Of a DNA stretch of 32,000 nucleotides, positions 30,439 to 32,000 are shown one piece after another (the first letter of the stretch is position 1; the number at the start of each line of letters is the position of its first letter). Both the position numbers and the translations under genes were made by a program. Below the pieces are notes generated by a model that made no database searches, was not told the DNA's origin, and worked only from the letters and a program-made list of their open reading frames with translations. Source of the stretch: Mycolicibacterium smegmatis (GTDB taxonomy: Bacteria > Actinomycetota > Actinomycetes > Mycobacteriales > Mycobacteriaceae); contig NZ_LN831039.1 of assembly GCF_001457595.1 (NCBI RefSeq), positions 960,001-992,000 of the forward strand. The letters run 5' to 3'.

Positions 30439-32000
30439 TCACATCAACTTGTCGAGGGTGATCGGCAGATCGGTCATCCGGCGTCCGGTGGCGTTGAAGA
30501 CGGCGTTGGCGACCGCCGCGGGTATCCCGACCACCACCAACTCGCCGATCCCCTTCACGCCGATCGGGTCGGCGATCAGATCCTCGCCCGGCAGGAACTC
30601 CGCGTCGAGGTCGGGCACGTCGGCGTTGACCGGCACCAGGTAGTCGGACATGTTGGCGTTGACGATCCGTCCGTCGCGGTGATCGAGGTGAGTCGCCTCG
30701 AGCAGCGCCGCCCCGATGCCCATCACCATGCCGCCGATGGCCTGGCTGTGCGCCAGCATCGGGTTCACGATGCGCCCGGCGTCGTAGCTCGCGAACATCC
30801 GTCGCACGCGCACCGTGCCCAGTGCCTCGTCGACCGCGACCTCTGCGAAGACCGCGCCGAAAGAATGCATCGAGAACCTGTCGTGCGGGCCGTCCGGCGT
30901 CCACTCCAGCTCGGCGGACAGTTCGTCGAGGCGGCGACGGCGCAGCAGCTCCTCGTACCGCTCGCCGCGGGCGGGTTCGCCGCGCGCGGCCATGCGGCCG
31001 TCGGCCACCTCGACGTCCGCGGGCGCCAGCCCGTGCAACGGCGACCCGGGATCGGTGACGGCCATGCGCACGAACCGGTCGCGCAGCATCATCCCTACGT
31101 TGTGGATCGACGAGCCCGCACTGGCCATCAGCCGGGATCCGGTCTGGGCCGGAGCCACCGGTAAGGCGCTGTCACCCAACTGGAACCGCACGCGATGCAG
31201 CGCGACACCGAGCGCGTCGGCGCCGACCTGGCTCATCGCGGTATAGGTACCGGGACCGATATCGCTCGCGCCGCACAGGATCTCGACGGTGCCGTCGTTA
31301 CGAACCCGTGCCGATGCGGCACACGGACTGACGAGCGTGACGAAGCTGGCCGCCGACACGCCCAACCCGATGAGCTGTCGGCCCTCCCGCACCGAGCGGG
31401 GCACGGGATTGCGTCGCGACCACCCGAACGCCGCTGCTCCTGATCGCAGGCACTCGGTGAGCCGACGGCTGGAGAACGGTAGATTGTCCGTCTGATCGCG
31501 TGTGGGTTCGTTGCGTACTCGCAGTTCGATCGGGTCCATCGCGAGCCGGTGCGCGAGGTCGTCCATCGCAGACTCCAGCGCGAAGTTGCCCGAAAGGTGC
31601 CCCGGGCCGCGCATCTGATTGCCGGGGTGGACGTCGAGTTCGACAGTGCGCAACGCCGAACGCATGTTGGGCGCCTGATACATGTAACTCGCCGCGCCGG
31701 TCACGTTGTCGACGTACGGGCTGTACCGGGACACCTCCACAGCGCCTTCGTGCACGATGGCGGTGATGCGGCCCGAGCGGTCGGCACCGATCGCGAGCCG
31801 CTGCCGGTTGCGTGGCCGGTATCCCGTGACGGCGTACAGATGCCTCCGGGTCAGCATCAGTTTGACCGGCCTCCGGACGTGGCGCGCCACATGTGCCGCG
31901 ATGGCCTGATGCGGCCACACCTGGCCGGCGTTGCCGAAGGCACCGCCGACGAACGGCGATATGACACGGACGTTCTCCGCCGGCACGCCCAGCGCGTCGG
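30439..32000 (-). CDS. Xanthine dehydrogenase / aldehyde oxidase family molybdopterin-binding subunit (partial; N-terminus beyond right window edge)
   Basis: The reading frame is open to the window end; the track M at 31986 is an internal GTG. The sequence ...DALGVPAENVRVISPFVGGAFGNAG...GPGHLSGNFALESAMDDLA...GASDIGPGTYTAMSQVGADALG...IGGMVMGIGAALLE...KGIGELVVVGIPAAVANAVFNATGRR is typical of CoxL/XdhB-type Mo-binding C-terminal domains. Confidence 0.85.
   Translation of the reverse strand, partial: DALGVPAENVRVISPFVGGAFGNAGQVWPHQAIAAHVARHVRRPVKLMLTRRHLYAVTGYRPRNRQRLAIGADRSGRITAIVHEGAVEVSRYSPYVDNVTGAASYMYQAPNMRSALRTVELDVHPGNQMRGPGHLSGNFALESAMDDLAHRLAMDPIELRVRNEPTRDQTDNLPFSSRRLTECLRSGAAAFGWSRRNPVPRSVREGRQLIGLGVSAASFVTLVSPCAASARVRNDGTVEILCGASDIGPGTYTAMSQVGADALGVALHRVRFQLGDSALPVAPAQTGSRLMASAGSSIHNVGMMLRDRFVRMAVTDPGSPLHGLAPADVEVADGRMAARGEPARGERYEELLRRRRLDELSAELEWTPDGPHDRFSMHSFGAVFAEVAVDEALGTVRVRRMFASYDAGRIVNPMLAHSQAIGGMVMGIGAALLEATHLDHRDGRIVNANMSDYLVPVNADVPDLDAEFLPGEDLIADPIGVKGIGELVVVGIPAAVANAVFNATGRRMTDLPITLDKLM

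Noticed and set aside
1-32000. Search for tRNA, rRNA, tmRNA, RNase P RNA, transposase or integrase genes
   Set aside because: I found no T-loop GGTTCGAATCC-like or GAGGAAAGTCCGG-like signatures in intergenic regions, and no ORF with DDE or tyrosine-recombinase motifs. Nothing supports such features in this window.

Overview
High-GC actinobacterial chromosome segment with mycobacterial gene content. The block Cdc48-like AAA ATPase, pssA, psd, moeA, SDR has the order I recall for M. tuberculosis Rv0435c-Rv0439c and the M. smegmatis Msm0858 region; that synteny is from memory and was not searched. Left to right, the window holds the following. (1) A partial Lrp/AsnC regulator and a LON N-terminal-domain protein. 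(2) A six-gene group-2 Mrp (MrpA/B-fused) cation/proton antiporter operon on the minus strand, with every junction overlapping. (3) A DUF559/endonuclease-like gene bracketed by two copies of a ~61-nt palindromic REP-like element. (4) A KhtT-N-domain protein, CBS-pair protein and ArsB/NhaD permease operon, divergent from a HisKA_3 kinase and NarL/LuxR regulator pair. (5) A DUF1707 gene and a small SRPBCC-like gene separated by a perfect 19-bp inverted repeat. (6) A TetR-SRPBCC fusion ORF. (7) The AAA/pssA/psd/moeA/SDR block. (8) A YdbS/YdbT-type bacterial PH-domain pair, a HAD-IIA hydrolase and an SF2 helicase with a long C-terminal tail. (9) A 4.6-kb gene for a 1,528-aa glycine-rich PGRS-like protein that has a Sec-type N-terminus and no PE domain. 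(10) The 3' part of a xanthine-dehydrogenase-family molybdopterin subunit gene. I found no rRNA, tRNA, CRISPR array, transposase or integrase. The most unusual object is the non-PE PGRS-like giant protein, with its internal diverged duplication, extreme strand asymmetry and AT-rich upstream region. Secondary items are the two REP-like repeat families, the unexplained ~450-bp region upstream of mrp, and the non-canonical KhtT-N/CBS/ArsB-NhaD module. All product calls rest on motif recognition by eye; no database search was possible.
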